A stretch of 64,000 nucleotides of DNA, taken from assembly GCA_044229975.1 (NCBI GenBank), contig JBGARZ010000005.1:192001-256000 (forward strand). Direction: 5' to 3'. Both the position numbers and the translations under genes were made by a program. Origin of the DNA: Polyangiales bacterium. Its GTDB lineage: Bacteria; Myxococcota_A; Polyangia; Polyangiales; Ga0077539. The notes under the pieces are model-generated. The model was given only the letters and a program-made list of their open reading frames with translations, was not told where the DNA came from and ran no database searches. Position 1 is the stretch's first letter. Each line of letters begins with the position of its first letter. Of this stretch, positions 37,028 to 49,167 are shown piece after piece.

Positions 37028-38869
37028 ATGATGTCCACCGATCCCCGCGTCACACCCAGCTCACTCCCGCCGCCGGTCGATCGTTGCCTCGGGCGCGTCC
37101 TCGGCGGCAAGTACCGCGTCGACGCCTTCCTCGGCGCGGGCTCCATGGGCCGCGTCTACCGGGCCACGCAAGAGCCGCTGCGCCGCATCGTCGCGGTGAA
37201 GGTGCTCAACACCAACCTGGGCGCCGACCCGGCGGCGCCGCAGCGCTTCCTCCGCGAGGCGCAGGCCGCGAGCCGCATCGACCACCCCAACTCCGTCGCC
37301 GTCTACGACTTCGGACACGAGGACGACGGCACGGCGTTCATCGTGATGGAGTACCTGCGCGGCGAGACGCTCGAAGACATGCTCGCCCGCGACGGGTCGC
37401 TCCCCATCGCGCGCTGCGTCTCCATCATGGCGCAGGTGCTCGCGGCCCTCGACGAGGCCCACGAGCGCGGCGTCGTGCACCGCGACATCAAGCCCGAAAA
37501 CATCATGCTCGTCCGCTCCGCCGAGGGTGAGCGCGACGCGCCGCGGGTGAAGGTCACCGACTTCGGCATCGCCAAGGTGCTCGACGACCCCGCGTGGCAC
37601 TCCACCCGGCTCACCGCGACGGGCATCACGCCGGGCTCGCCCGCGTACATGTCCCCCGAACAGGCCAGCGCGCGGGAGGTCGACGGTCGCAGCGACCTCT
37701 ACCAGTGCGGCGTGATCCTCTTCGAGATGGTCACCGGCGACCTCCCGTTTCACGGCGACAGCGCCATCGCGATGCTCATGCACCAGATCAATGACGCGCC
37801 GCCGAGGCCGCGCACGCTCGCCGCGCGCTGCCCCGAGTCGTTGGAGGCCGTGATCCTCAAGGCGATGGCGAAGAAGCCCGACCGGCGCTTCGCCACCGCG
37901 CGCGACATGCGCCACGCGCTGCGCTCCGTGGCGCCCGGTGAGGTCGCCGCGACCGCGGAGCTCAACCGCCACAACCGCCCGACGCCGCTCCTGCCGCCGC
38001 CGATGGACACCGAGCGTACGCCCGTGCCCGTCGACTCGACGCCCGCGGCCTCGCTCTCCGTGCGCCCCGCTCCGCCCGCGCGACACCTCACGTCGGCGCG
38101 GGGGTTCATCGTCGCGTGCGCGTTCGCCGCCGCGGCCTTCGGGCTGGTGGTGTCTCGACGACCTTCGTCGGAGGACCGGACACCCGTGCACGCCACCTCG
38201 GCGCCTGTGCGGCGGGTGCCCGTGACGCCCGTCGTGATCCCCGCGATGGTGACGGTCGAAGCGCCACGCACCATCGTCTTTGAGCGGCCTGCTGAGGTGC
38301 CGACGCCGACGGCTCCGCCGCGACCGACCGTCGTCGCGAGGCCCCTCATCGCGCCTCGACCCGCGATCACTCGACCCGCGGCTCCGACCGTCGGTGCACC
38401 CTACGCGACGGTCGTCGCGCCTCCGGTCGAAGCGCCCGTTGCGCCACCGACCGAGGTGACCAGCGACGTGCCTCCGGTCGTGAGCGCGGCACCCACCGAG
38501 GTCGCGGAGAGCGCTCCTCCCGTGCGCGGGCTGACGGCCGTCGACGGCTCGCTCGCGGGCATGCAGCTCACCGGCGGCATCACCCGCGCGTCGGTGCTCT
38601 CGCGCGCCACGGAGGCCGCCGAGTCGCTCGGGCGGTGCTCGTTTCTCGCGGCGGGGATGCTGGGCGACGAATCAGCGTTTACGTCGGCGACGACGGTGCA
38701 TGTGACGGTGGTCGTGCGCGACCGCCGCGCCGACGAGGTGCGCCTCGTGGGCAGCCACGTCGCGGCGTGTCGGGAGGCGGTGTTGGGTGCGTTCCGCGGA
38801 GAGCTCCCGCAGGGAGAGGACCTCGAATACGAGGTGCGGATGGCGATCAGGCTGGAGCCGCGGCGCTGA
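37028..38869 (+). CDS. Membrane Ser/Thr protein kinase (Hanks type)
   Basis: LGAGSMGRVY, VAVK, HRDIKPEN, DFG, GSPAYMSPEQ, then a TM helix and Pro-rich extracellular part. Start could be 36974. Confidence 0.93.
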   Translation: MMSTDPRVTPSSLPPPVDRCLGRVLGGKYRVDAFLGAGSMGRVYRATQEPLRRIVAVKVLNTNLGADPAAPQRFLREAQAASRIDHPNSVAVYDFGHEDDGTAFIVMEYLRGETLEDMLARDGSLPIARCVSIMAQVLAALDEAHERGVVHRDIKPENIMLVRSAEGERDAPRVKVTDFGIAKVLDDPAWHSTRLTATGITPGSPAYMSPEQASAREVDGRSDLYQCGVILFEMVTGDLPFHGDSAIAMLMHQINDAPPRPRTLAARCPESLEAVILKAMAKKPDRRFATARDMRHALRSVAPGEVAATAELNRHNRPTPLLPPPMDTERTPVPVDSTPAASLSVRPAPPARHLTSARGFIVACAFAAAAFGLVVSRRPSSEDRTPVHATSAPVRRVPVTPVVIPAMVTVEAPRTIVFERPAEVPTPTAPPRPTVVARPLIAPRPAITRPAAPTVGAPYATVVAPPVEAPVAPPTEVTSDVPPVVSAAPTEVAESAPPVRGLTAVDGSLAGMQLTGGITRASVLSRATEAAESLGRCSFLAAGMLGDESAFTSATTVHVTVVVRDRRADEVRLVGSHVAACREAVLGAFRGELPQGEDLEYEVRMAIRLEPRR

Positions 38870-38872
38870 CGA

Positions 38873-39814
<942 letters not shown>

Positions 39815-40053
39815 GGTGCCTCTCGCGCGCCGGTTGTGGACGGGGAACTCCGACACGCGGGCGCCGTCTACACCCGCGCCTCTTCCGAAGTCAACGAAGG
39901 CACAAGTGTCTGGGATTCGGAGCAGGCGTCGTGCTGCGCCACGCGTCTCCCCGCTGCGGATGCCGTAGCCAGCGTCCCAATCCGCCTCCGTATCCCCTTT
40001 CGCCCCGGTGCCCTCATCGCTCGCGAGACCCTGCCTATGCTGCGCGCGATCCC

Positions 40054-40944
40054 GTGCCCTTGTGGTCGTACCGTCGTACCGAAGTCGCCTCGCTCGGGGC
40101 CTGGCTCTCCACCGCCGCCCGCGTGTGGACCCGCGGTCGACTGCACGCCGTCGACAACGCCGCGGTCGTCTCCGAAGACGCCCTCTCGGTGCGCGCATTC
40201 GCCCGCGCGGGTCACCTCCGACGCCCCGTGGTGACGGTGCTCCTCGACGGCGCGGCGCGCATCTCGCTGGGCGGCGATCACCACTGGCTCGACCCCGGAT
40301 CGATGCTCGTCGCGCCCGAGAAGTCCGAGCTGCTCATGCGCCAGGAGGGCGCCCGCTACCGCAGCCTCGTACTGGAGTGGGAGCCCGCGTGGCTGGGCCC
40401 CTCGCCCGACCGCGCGCACCCTGCCCGCGTCCCCGACGGGCACCTCGACGCGCTGCGCTCACTCGCCGATGAGCTGCACGCCGGACGCGCCGCTCCGCTC
40501 GACGCGCTCTTCGACACGTTGCGCGTCGCAGGGCTCGACGTCGCGCCGGATGTCGACCTGTACGAGCCCGTTCCCGAGCAGCACCAGCGTCTCGGCGCGA
40601 CGCTCGACGCGCTGCTGTCGGACCTCTCACGCGTCACGCTCAAGTCCGCCCTCGACGAGCGTATGGGGCTGTCGGCGCGGCAGTTTCAACGCATCGTGAC
40701 GGAGTTTCACCAGCGCTACGGCTTCAACGCCACGAGCTGGGTCGACGCCCGCAACCGACGACGCCTGCTGCTCGGCGCGGCCTTCCTCACGGCACCCGGC
40801 GCGACCGCCACCGTCGTCGCACCCGCGATGGGGTTCACCTCGGCCGCGGCCTTCAGCAAGGCCCTCGTCAACGCGGGACTGCCGCGTCCCGGCGACGTCG
40901 CTGCCATGGTCTCCGCGCTTCGCGAGGGCGACGTCCGAAAATGA
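40054..40944 (+). CDS. AraC-family transcriptional regulator (start uncertain)
   Basis: Cupin-like VLLDG..LDPGS; double [13 protein letters not shown] and [14 protein letters not shown]. Confidence 0.7.
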   Translation: MPLWSYRRTEVASLGAWLSTAARVWTRGRLHAVDNAAVVSEDALSVRAFARAGHLRRPVVTVLLDGAARISLGGDHHWLDPGSMLVAPEKSELLMRQEGARYRSLVLEWEPAWLGPSPDRAHPARVPDGHLDALRSLADELHAGRAAPLDALFDTLRVAGLDVAPDVDLYEPVPEQHQRLGATLDALLSDLSRVTLKSALDERMGLSARQFQRIVTEFHQRYGFNATSWVDARNRRRLLLGAAFLTAPGATATVVAPAMGFTSAAAFSKALVNAGLPRPGDVAAMVSALREGDVRK

Positions 40945-41018
40945 CAAGCATCGGCCGACCGTACGGTCTGCGTACGATCGGGGGTTCGCCTCGACACCCA
41001 AAGGAAGGTCCACCGATC

Positions 41019-41438
41019 ATGACCCGCACCCTCGCCTCGCTCGTCGCGCTGTTCGCTCTCGCTGGTTGCAGCGTCGACGGCACCACCTCCGTCGCGCTGC
41101 GCCCCTACGGCGCCAACATCCCGGCCTCGTCGGTCACCGCGACAGGCATCACCTGGAGCACCGACGCGCGCGACTGGCGCGGGATGAACGCCGTGCGCAT
41201 CCGCTTCGACTGCCCCGCCGGCGGCACCGGCGCGGGCTCGGTCTACGGCTCCGACCTCTACACCGACGACAGCCCCGTGTGCGGCGCCGGTGTGCACGCC
41301 GGCCGCATCAGCTTCGCGGGGGGCGGGCCCGTCGTCATCGAGATCCGCCCCGGCGCCGCGAGCTACGCCTCCACCACCCGCTACGGCGTCACGACCAACG
41401 CCTACGCCGCCTACGACGGCTCCTTCGTCGTCCTGTGA
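41019..41438 (+). CDS. LCCL-domain lipoprotein
   Basis: Lipobox LAGC; CP..VYGSDLYTDDSPVCGAGVHAG..GG.V...Y....YGV..SF is the LCCL signature. Confidence 0.88.
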   Translation: MTRTLASLVALFALAGCSVDGTTSVALRPYGANIPASSVTATGITWSTDARDWRGMNAVRIRFDCPAGGTGAGSVYGSDLYTDDSPVCGAGVHAGRISFAGGGPVVIEIRPGAASYASTTRYGVTTNAYAAYDGSFVVL

Positions 41439-41680
41439 GCGCGACCATTCGCCTCGCCGGGTGGGCGAGACCTACAACGGTCGCACGCGTCGCGCGACGC
41501 CCCACCCGCTCGTCTCGCGGCCACTGATGATCGGCGCGGACGACGGCTCCAACCGCTCCTTCGGCTCGCTCACCAGCCCCCCCCACGCGGGCGGCGTCAC
41601 CGCCTTCGCGCTGCTCGCTCGCGGACCTCGGTCGCAACCGTCCTATCATCGTTGCCTCCCTTCGCCCGCAGGAGGCTCCC

Positions 41681-42193
41681 GTGAAGCACCGCTCTCTCCT
41701 CGCCGCCGCCGTCGTCGCCTTCGCGCTCGCGGCACACGCCGACCCTCAGCCCGGACGCGCGTTTCCTTCCTTCACCGTCGATGACCTCGCGGGCGTCCAC
41801 CACACCGCGCGCGACCTCCAGGGGCACTGGACCGTCGCGCTCGCCATGACCGACAAGGACATCGGGCCCAACGTCACGGCGTGGAGGCGACAGATCGAAG
41901 GCCGCGTCCCTGCGCAGACACGGGTGCTCAACTTCGTCGCGCTCGACATCTTCGGGCTCGTGGCGACCTCGACGATTCTCTCGCAGGCCCGCGAGCGCGC
42001 GCCGCGGGCGATGTGGGAGACCATCTGGTTCTCGCGGGACGGGGCCTTCGCCGAGCAGCTCGGGCTCGCCGACAGCGAGACCCCGTGGGTGTTCGTCATC
42101 GACCCCACCGGGCGGGTCGCGCTGAGCATCCACGCGGAGGTCAGCGCGGCTGGCGTCGCGCGGGTGCTCGCGGCCGTCGGCGCTGCGCCGTAG
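41681..42193 (+). CDS. Exported thioredoxin-fold (AhpC/ATP10/YtfJ-like) protein without CxxC
   Basis: Signal peptide ending AHA; G..FPSFTVDDLAG..DLQG..P.VFVIDPTGRV. Confidence 0.7.
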   Translation: MKHRSLLAAAVVAFALAAHADPQPGRAFPSFTVDDLAGVHHTARDLQGHWTVALAMTDKDIGPNVTAWRRQIEGRVPAQTRVLNFVALDIFGLVATSTILSQARERAPRAMWETIWFSRDGAFAEQLGLADSETPWVFVIDPTGRVALSIHAEVSAAGVARVLAAVGAAP

Positions 42194-42220
42194 ACGCTCG
42201 CAGACCGCGTTGGCGTCGAG

Positions 42221-43135
42221 TCAGCGCGGGCGCCGCTCCGATGCGTTCACGCGGACGGCCGGGGCGCAGAGCGGCGCGGCTTCGACGGTACGGGCCTCGA
42301 CGTCGGCGAGCGTCGAGCCGATCAGGGCGCCCCCGGCGAAGTAGGTCCCGGTGTCGCTGGCCGGCAGGATGTCGTAGGTGGCGTCGTACGCGTAGGCCTC
42401 CGACGACACCCCCTCGACGCGCTGCCCGCCCAACCAGTCGCCCACCCGGAGCGCTCCGAACGTGCGCCCGTCGGCCGTCGGATGCCCGGCGCTCACGTGC
42501 AACTCGAGGCCGCTGCCGAGCGCTACCCGCACGACGACGTGGTGGCTTACGGGGGTGCGGTTCACGCGGAGAATCGGAACGAACACGCGGCTGCCATGGT
42601 CGATGCTCTCGACGAGGTCGCCCACGCGCAGCGACGCGATCGGGCGGTCGCCATCGGGGGTTGCGATGGGCGTCCACGGCGACGCGCACCTGCACTGGCA
42701 GTTGATGCAGTGGATGCCGTCGGCCTCGACCGAGCCGCAGTGGGTGCAACCGCCGCACGGGTCCGCCGCGAAGCAGCCGCACGCCAGGGCCCCTGAGCAT
42801 CCCGGCGGGATCGGCACACACTGCGGCGGCACCTCGCAACAGCCTGCGCACCGGCCGCGGATGCAGATCTCTCCAGACGCGCACGCCGCGTCGCCGCACG
42901 GGGCCGCGTCCGACGGAACGACGTCGATGGCGTCGATGGCATCGACCGCGTCGATGGCGTCGACGGCGTCGATGACATCGATGACGTCACTGGCGCGAGC
43001 GGCATCGAGGGGACCCGCGTCGACGGCACTCGCAGTGGACGCGCACGCTGCGCCCGACAACGTGATGATGACGATGGCCATCGAGCCATGGGTCGTGGGC
43101 GATCGAGTGGGAAGCCTGACGCGCGAGTCGCTCAT
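42221..43135 (-). CDS. Putative lipoprotein with Cys-rich domain and C-terminal Hint domain
   Basis: CASPWTPIATPDGDRPIASLRVGD..SAGHP..TYDI..YFAGGALIGST, preceded by a Cys-rich block and DAIDAV repeats. Confidence 0.82.
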   Translation of the reverse strand: MSDSRVRLPTRSPTTHGSMAIVIITLSGAACASTASAVDAGPLDAARASDVIDVIDAVDAIDAVDAIDAIDVVPSDAAPCGDAACASGEICIRGRCAGCCEVPPQCVPIPPGCSGALACGCFAADPCGGCTHCGSVEADGIHCINCQCRCASPWTPIATPDGDRPIASLRVGDLVESIDHGSRVFVPILRVNRTPVSHHVVVRVALGSGLELHVSAGHPTADGRTFGALRVGDWLGGQRVEGVSSEAYAYDATYDILPASDTGTYFAGGALIGSTLADVEARTVEAAPLCAPAVRVNASERRPR

Positions 43136-43252
43136 GGGACAGTGTGGGAGCCTCGCACGATGTGCAGGTGAGAGGGTCGCCCGGCGCGTCTTCTGGTCGA
43201 CGACCCGAACCGGGGAGTGCGTGACGCTCGACCCGCGCGCCTGGCGGACCGA

Positions 43253-43420
43253 TCACGCCGTCGCGAACTGCTCGTGCCGCGCGTGCGCCTCGCCCCAGCG
43301 CGCGTCGAGCAGGGCGCGCACCGCAGGGTCTTCCCGGTAGGACGCCGGGCGAAACTCCGACACCGTGTCGAGGTACGCCGCGAAGCGCTCACGGGCCGCG
43401 CCGAAGCTGAGAACCCACCG
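43253..43420 (-). pseudogene. Possible 5'-truncated gene remnant abutting a palindromic element
   Basis: Frame reads RWVLSFGAARERFAAYLDTV..HEQFATA*. 50 of 55 codons end in G/C. There is no start codon at its 5' end and an in-frame TGA lies inside the element end. Confidence 0.4.
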
Positions 43421-43658
43421 CGCTCACGCCGGAGTTCACCGTGCCGCCCCGGCGACCGCCACGCTCGGTTCACTCCACGGCTATTTCACGCGGATGGCCC
43501 CGCCGAAGCGGGGCTCAGGAGGCCCCCATGAAGGCATTCGATGGTCCCTGGGCGGAGGCACGGAGCCCCGCTTCGGCGGGGCCATCCGCGTGAAATAGCC
43601 CGGGAGTGAACCGAGCGCGGCGGGCGCAGGGGCGGCACGGTGAACTCCGGCGTGAGCG
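43421..43658. repeat. 238-bp palindromic REPIN/MITE-like element
   Basis: 96-bp arms at 43421-43516 and 43563-43658 are near-perfect reverse complements. Each arm contains a GCCCCGC-CGAA-GCGGGGC hairpin. Confidence 0.88.
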
Positions 43659-43782
43659 AGGCGAGTTGTCCTACTTTGGAGACACCGAGAAATCAGTGTC
43701 CCAAGTCGGACACCACCGCCGCGCCCGTCGCGTTGACACCCTCGGCGGGCGGATGGTCTACCGTCCCAAGCCGCGACAGACC

Positions 43783-44853
43783 ATGACCAGACATCGCCGC
43801 CCCGAACGATTCGCGCTCGCGCTCGCACTGACCCTCGCGGGCGCCACGGCAGGCGCGCAGCCACGACGCGACGACTCCGAGGAGTCCCGCGAGGCGCGGC
43901 AGCACTCGCGGCGCGGAGCCGAGTTGCAGGCAGCGGGTCGGCACGAGGAGGCGATCGAGGAGTTTCGACTCGCGGGTCTCGGGTTGATGCAGCCGCGCTA
44001 CCTGGCGCTCATCGGGCTCAACGAGGCCGCGCTCAACCGCTGGGTCGACGCCTACCGCCACCTGGAGGGCGCCCTCCGCTTCGGCACCGACCCCTGGATC
44101 GCGCGCAACCATTCGACGCTCAACACCGAGCTGGAGCGCGTGCGCGGCCACGTCGGGTGGGTCCGCCTCGAAGGCTCACCGGACGGCGCGCGGCTGAGCA
44201 TCAACGGCACCGACGCAGGAACGCTCCCGCTCACCGACAACCTCCTGCTGCCGTCCGACGAGCCCGCGCAGTTCGAGCTCAGCGCGGGCGGCTACGTCAC
44301 CGACCGCCGCAGCGTCACGGTCGTCGCGCGGCAGACCACGCCGCTCCAGATCACCCTCCAGGCGCTGGCGACCGAGCCTGCGCCCGTTTCGCAGCCGCAG
44401 GCGGAGCCCGCGACGGTGGCGTTCGAGGCGCCTGCGCCGGTCGTGGCGACGCCCGCGCCCGTGACCGCAGTCGTGACCGCGCCGACGACCGGAGACAAGA
44501 CGGACTACGGCCGCATCGTCTTCTGGATGGGCGTCGGGGTCGGGGTCGCGGGCAGCGTCGCCACGGGGGTCTTCCTCGGGCTCGGAGGCTCCGCGGCGGC
44601 CGAGTACAACGACCTCTGCCGCGGTCCGAGCATGGCGCCCGCGTCGTGCGTGACCTTTCGCACCGAGCGGCAGGAGCAGCTCGACTCGTACCACACGTAC
44701 GCGCTCGTCGGCCTCAGCGCCGCGCTCACGGGCGTAGCGATGGCGCTCGGCGGATACATCGTTCCCAACCGCGAGCCGCGGACGCCGCGCAACTCGCTGC
44801 GGCCACACCTGCTGTTGGGCGCCTCCAGCGTCGGGCTGCGGGTGACGTGGTGA
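43783..44853 (+). CDS. TPR + PEGA domain exported protein
   Basis: Signal peptide; EEAIEEFRLA..WVDAYRHLE.AL; GSPDGARLSINGTDAGTLP..SAGGY; hydrophobic C-terminal hairpins. Confidence 0.82.
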   Translation: MTRHRRPERFALALALTLAGATAGAQPRRDDSEESREARQHSRRGAELQAAGRHEEAIEEFRLAGLGLMQPRYLALIGLNEAALNRWVDAYRHLEGALRFGTDPWIARNHSTLNTELERVRGHVGWVRLEGSPDGARLSINGTDAGTLPLTDNLLLPSDEPAQFELSAGGYVTDRRSVTVVARQTTPLQITLQALATEPAPVSQPQAEPATVAFEAPAPVVATPAPVTAVVTAPTTGDKTDYGRIVFWMGVGVGVAGSVATGVFLGLGGSAAAEYNDLCRGPSMAPASCVTFRTERQEQLDSYHTYALVGLSAALTGVAMALGGYIVPNREPRTPRNSLRPHLLLGASSVGLRVTW

Positions 44854-45350
44854 GGGCCTTCTTCGTCCGGGTCGTCTCGCTCACCGTCGCCATCGCGGGC
44901 TGCGGGTGGGATCTGCTCCCGCCCACCGGCTACGACGACGCGGGGCGGTCGAGCGTCTCGCCCTTCGCCGACGTGGCCAACCCGTCGACGTGCGGGCGCG
45001 CGCAGCAGCGGTGCTGCTCCACCGGCGAGCTCTGCCAGAGCGGCTCGATCTGCACCGGGGTGACCTGCATCGCGACGCGCGGGCTCGGCGTCACCGCGGC
45101 CTGCCAGTCAGCGTCGGAGTGCTCCGTTCTTCTCAGTTGCGGGGGTGGGTTGGGCGTTCCGGCGACCTGCTGCCTCGGGGTCGACCAGGCCTGCGACCCA
45201 GCCATCGCAAACTCGTGCTGCGCCAACCGAACCTGTGCCGACCAGGGCGACGGTCGACCGGTGTGCCTCTGCTCGGTGACGGGTCAGGCGTGTCGCGCCG
45301 AGTCCGACTGCTGCGGCGGCCTCTCCTGCGTGGGCTCGGTCTGCGAGTAG
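44850..45350 (+). CDS. Small Cys-rich lipoprotein
   Basis: GTGA overlap with the upstream gene; lipobox IAGC; repeated C..CC..C units. Confidence 0.75.
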   Translation: MRAFFVRVVSLTVAIAGCGWDLLPPTGYDDAGRSSVSPFADVANPSTCGRAQQRCCSTGELCQSGSICTGVTCIATRGLGVTAACQSASECSVLLSCGGGLGVPATCCLGVDQACDPAIANSCCANRTCADQGDGRPVCLCSVTGQACRAESDCCGGLSCVGSVCE

Positions 45351-45407
45351 TCTCCGTGACGGCGCGCTGGTTGGAGCGCTCGCTGGACGCCCTTCGCCCG
45401 CAACGGG

Positions 45408-45923
45408 TCAGCGGATCTGGAGGGTGAGCGTCGCCACGCCTGCGCCGACCGGAGCCGAGAGCACGATGTCTCCCGGGCGGATCTGATCGGCGGTGAGCGC
45501 GACCTGGAAGCGCGCGATGTGATCGTTCTCGTTGAAGACGAGGAGGACCGGGATGTCGGGGTCGTGGTCGTAGACGTCGATCGTGATCGGGTGCGTGAGG
45601 GTCTCGACGTCCTGGTCTTCCGAGACGACGAAGTCCCAGCGGGGCTCCAACGTGTCGGCGAGCCTGTCGGATTGGAAGGGCCTGAACTCGCCCGACGAGG
45701 ACGTCACGACGACGTACGGGTCGGGGTCGGTGTGGGCGGGGTCCACGCAGTCCCAGGTCGAGCAGCCGTGCCCGGAGGGGTCCACCGAGGGGAGCGACGC
45801 GCCGACGACCACGAGGGTGTAGCTGGACCCCGAAGAGCAGCTCGCGAGCAGGCCGAGCAGCGCGACGGCGCGACAGGCCGCGAGGGTCCGGCCGAAGGGC
45901 GACGTCGGGAGGGTGGTTCGCAT
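45408..45923 (-). CDS. C2-domain-like lipoprotein
   Basis: Lipobox LASC; WD..PDPYVVV..S...DTLEPRW..ITIDVYDHD..END.I matches the Ca-binding C2 pattern. Confidence 0.7.
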   Translation of the reverse strand: MRTTLPTSPFGRTLAACRAVALLGLLASCSSGSSYTLVVVGASLPSVDPSGHGCSTWDCVDPAHTDPDPYVVVTSSSGEFRPFQSDRLADTLEPRWDFVVSEDQDVETLTHPITIDVYDHDPDIPVLLVFNENDHIARFQVALTADQIRPGDIVLSAPVGAGVATLTLQIR

Positions 45924-45939
45924 GGGCGACCGAGAGACT

Positions 45940-48783
<2,844 letters not shown>

Positions 48784-48892
48784 GGCGGGTTCTCGCCGCA
48801 TGCGATGCGGGACGGAGGGGTGCAGTGTCAAGCGCGGCACCGGACCCTGAGCTTCGGAGTAGGGGTCGTGACCACGCGAGGCGCTCGTCATC

Positions 48893-49027
48893 GGTCCTCA
48901 CAAGGGACCGGCGTTCATGAGAACGACGGAATCCAGAGCGACAGAACGCTCTTCGACGGGTGACCGAGACGTGGTGGGTTGCCCCGGATTCCGGCGTTCT
49001 CACGAACGCCGGTCCCTTGTGGGGACC
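48893..49027. repeat. REP-doublet-like palindrome with 50-bp imperfect arms
   Basis: 48893-48942 matches the reverse complement of 48978-49027. Internal hairpins are CCGGCGTTC..GAACGCCGG and GGTCCC..GGGACC. Confidence 0.8.
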
Positions 49028-49129
49028 AGCGACATGGCGGTCCTCATGTACGCCGCCAACACCTACTCCGAATCCAAGCCGGGCCGACGGACGAACCGGC
49101 GATCGACGGCGGCCCCGATGGACGGCGCG

Positions 49130-49167
49130 TTGACACCGCGAACGCCAACGCGGTGAGATCGCCGCCG
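49130..49167 (+). promoter_or_regulatory. Duplicated upstream element with TTGACA (copy 1)
   Basis: TTGACA starts 38 nt before ATG 49168. A homologous copy lies at 51300-51337. Confidence 0.45.

Noticed and set aside
39815..40053. tRNA-Gln often found upstream of prs
   Set aside because: GGGATTCGG is present, but I could not build a T-loop (GTTCGA) or cloverleaf on either strand.
42310..42690. Splicing intein
   Set aside because: There is no terminal His-Asn, no endonuclease, and it does not interrupt a conserved host protein; treated as a Hint autoprocessing domain.
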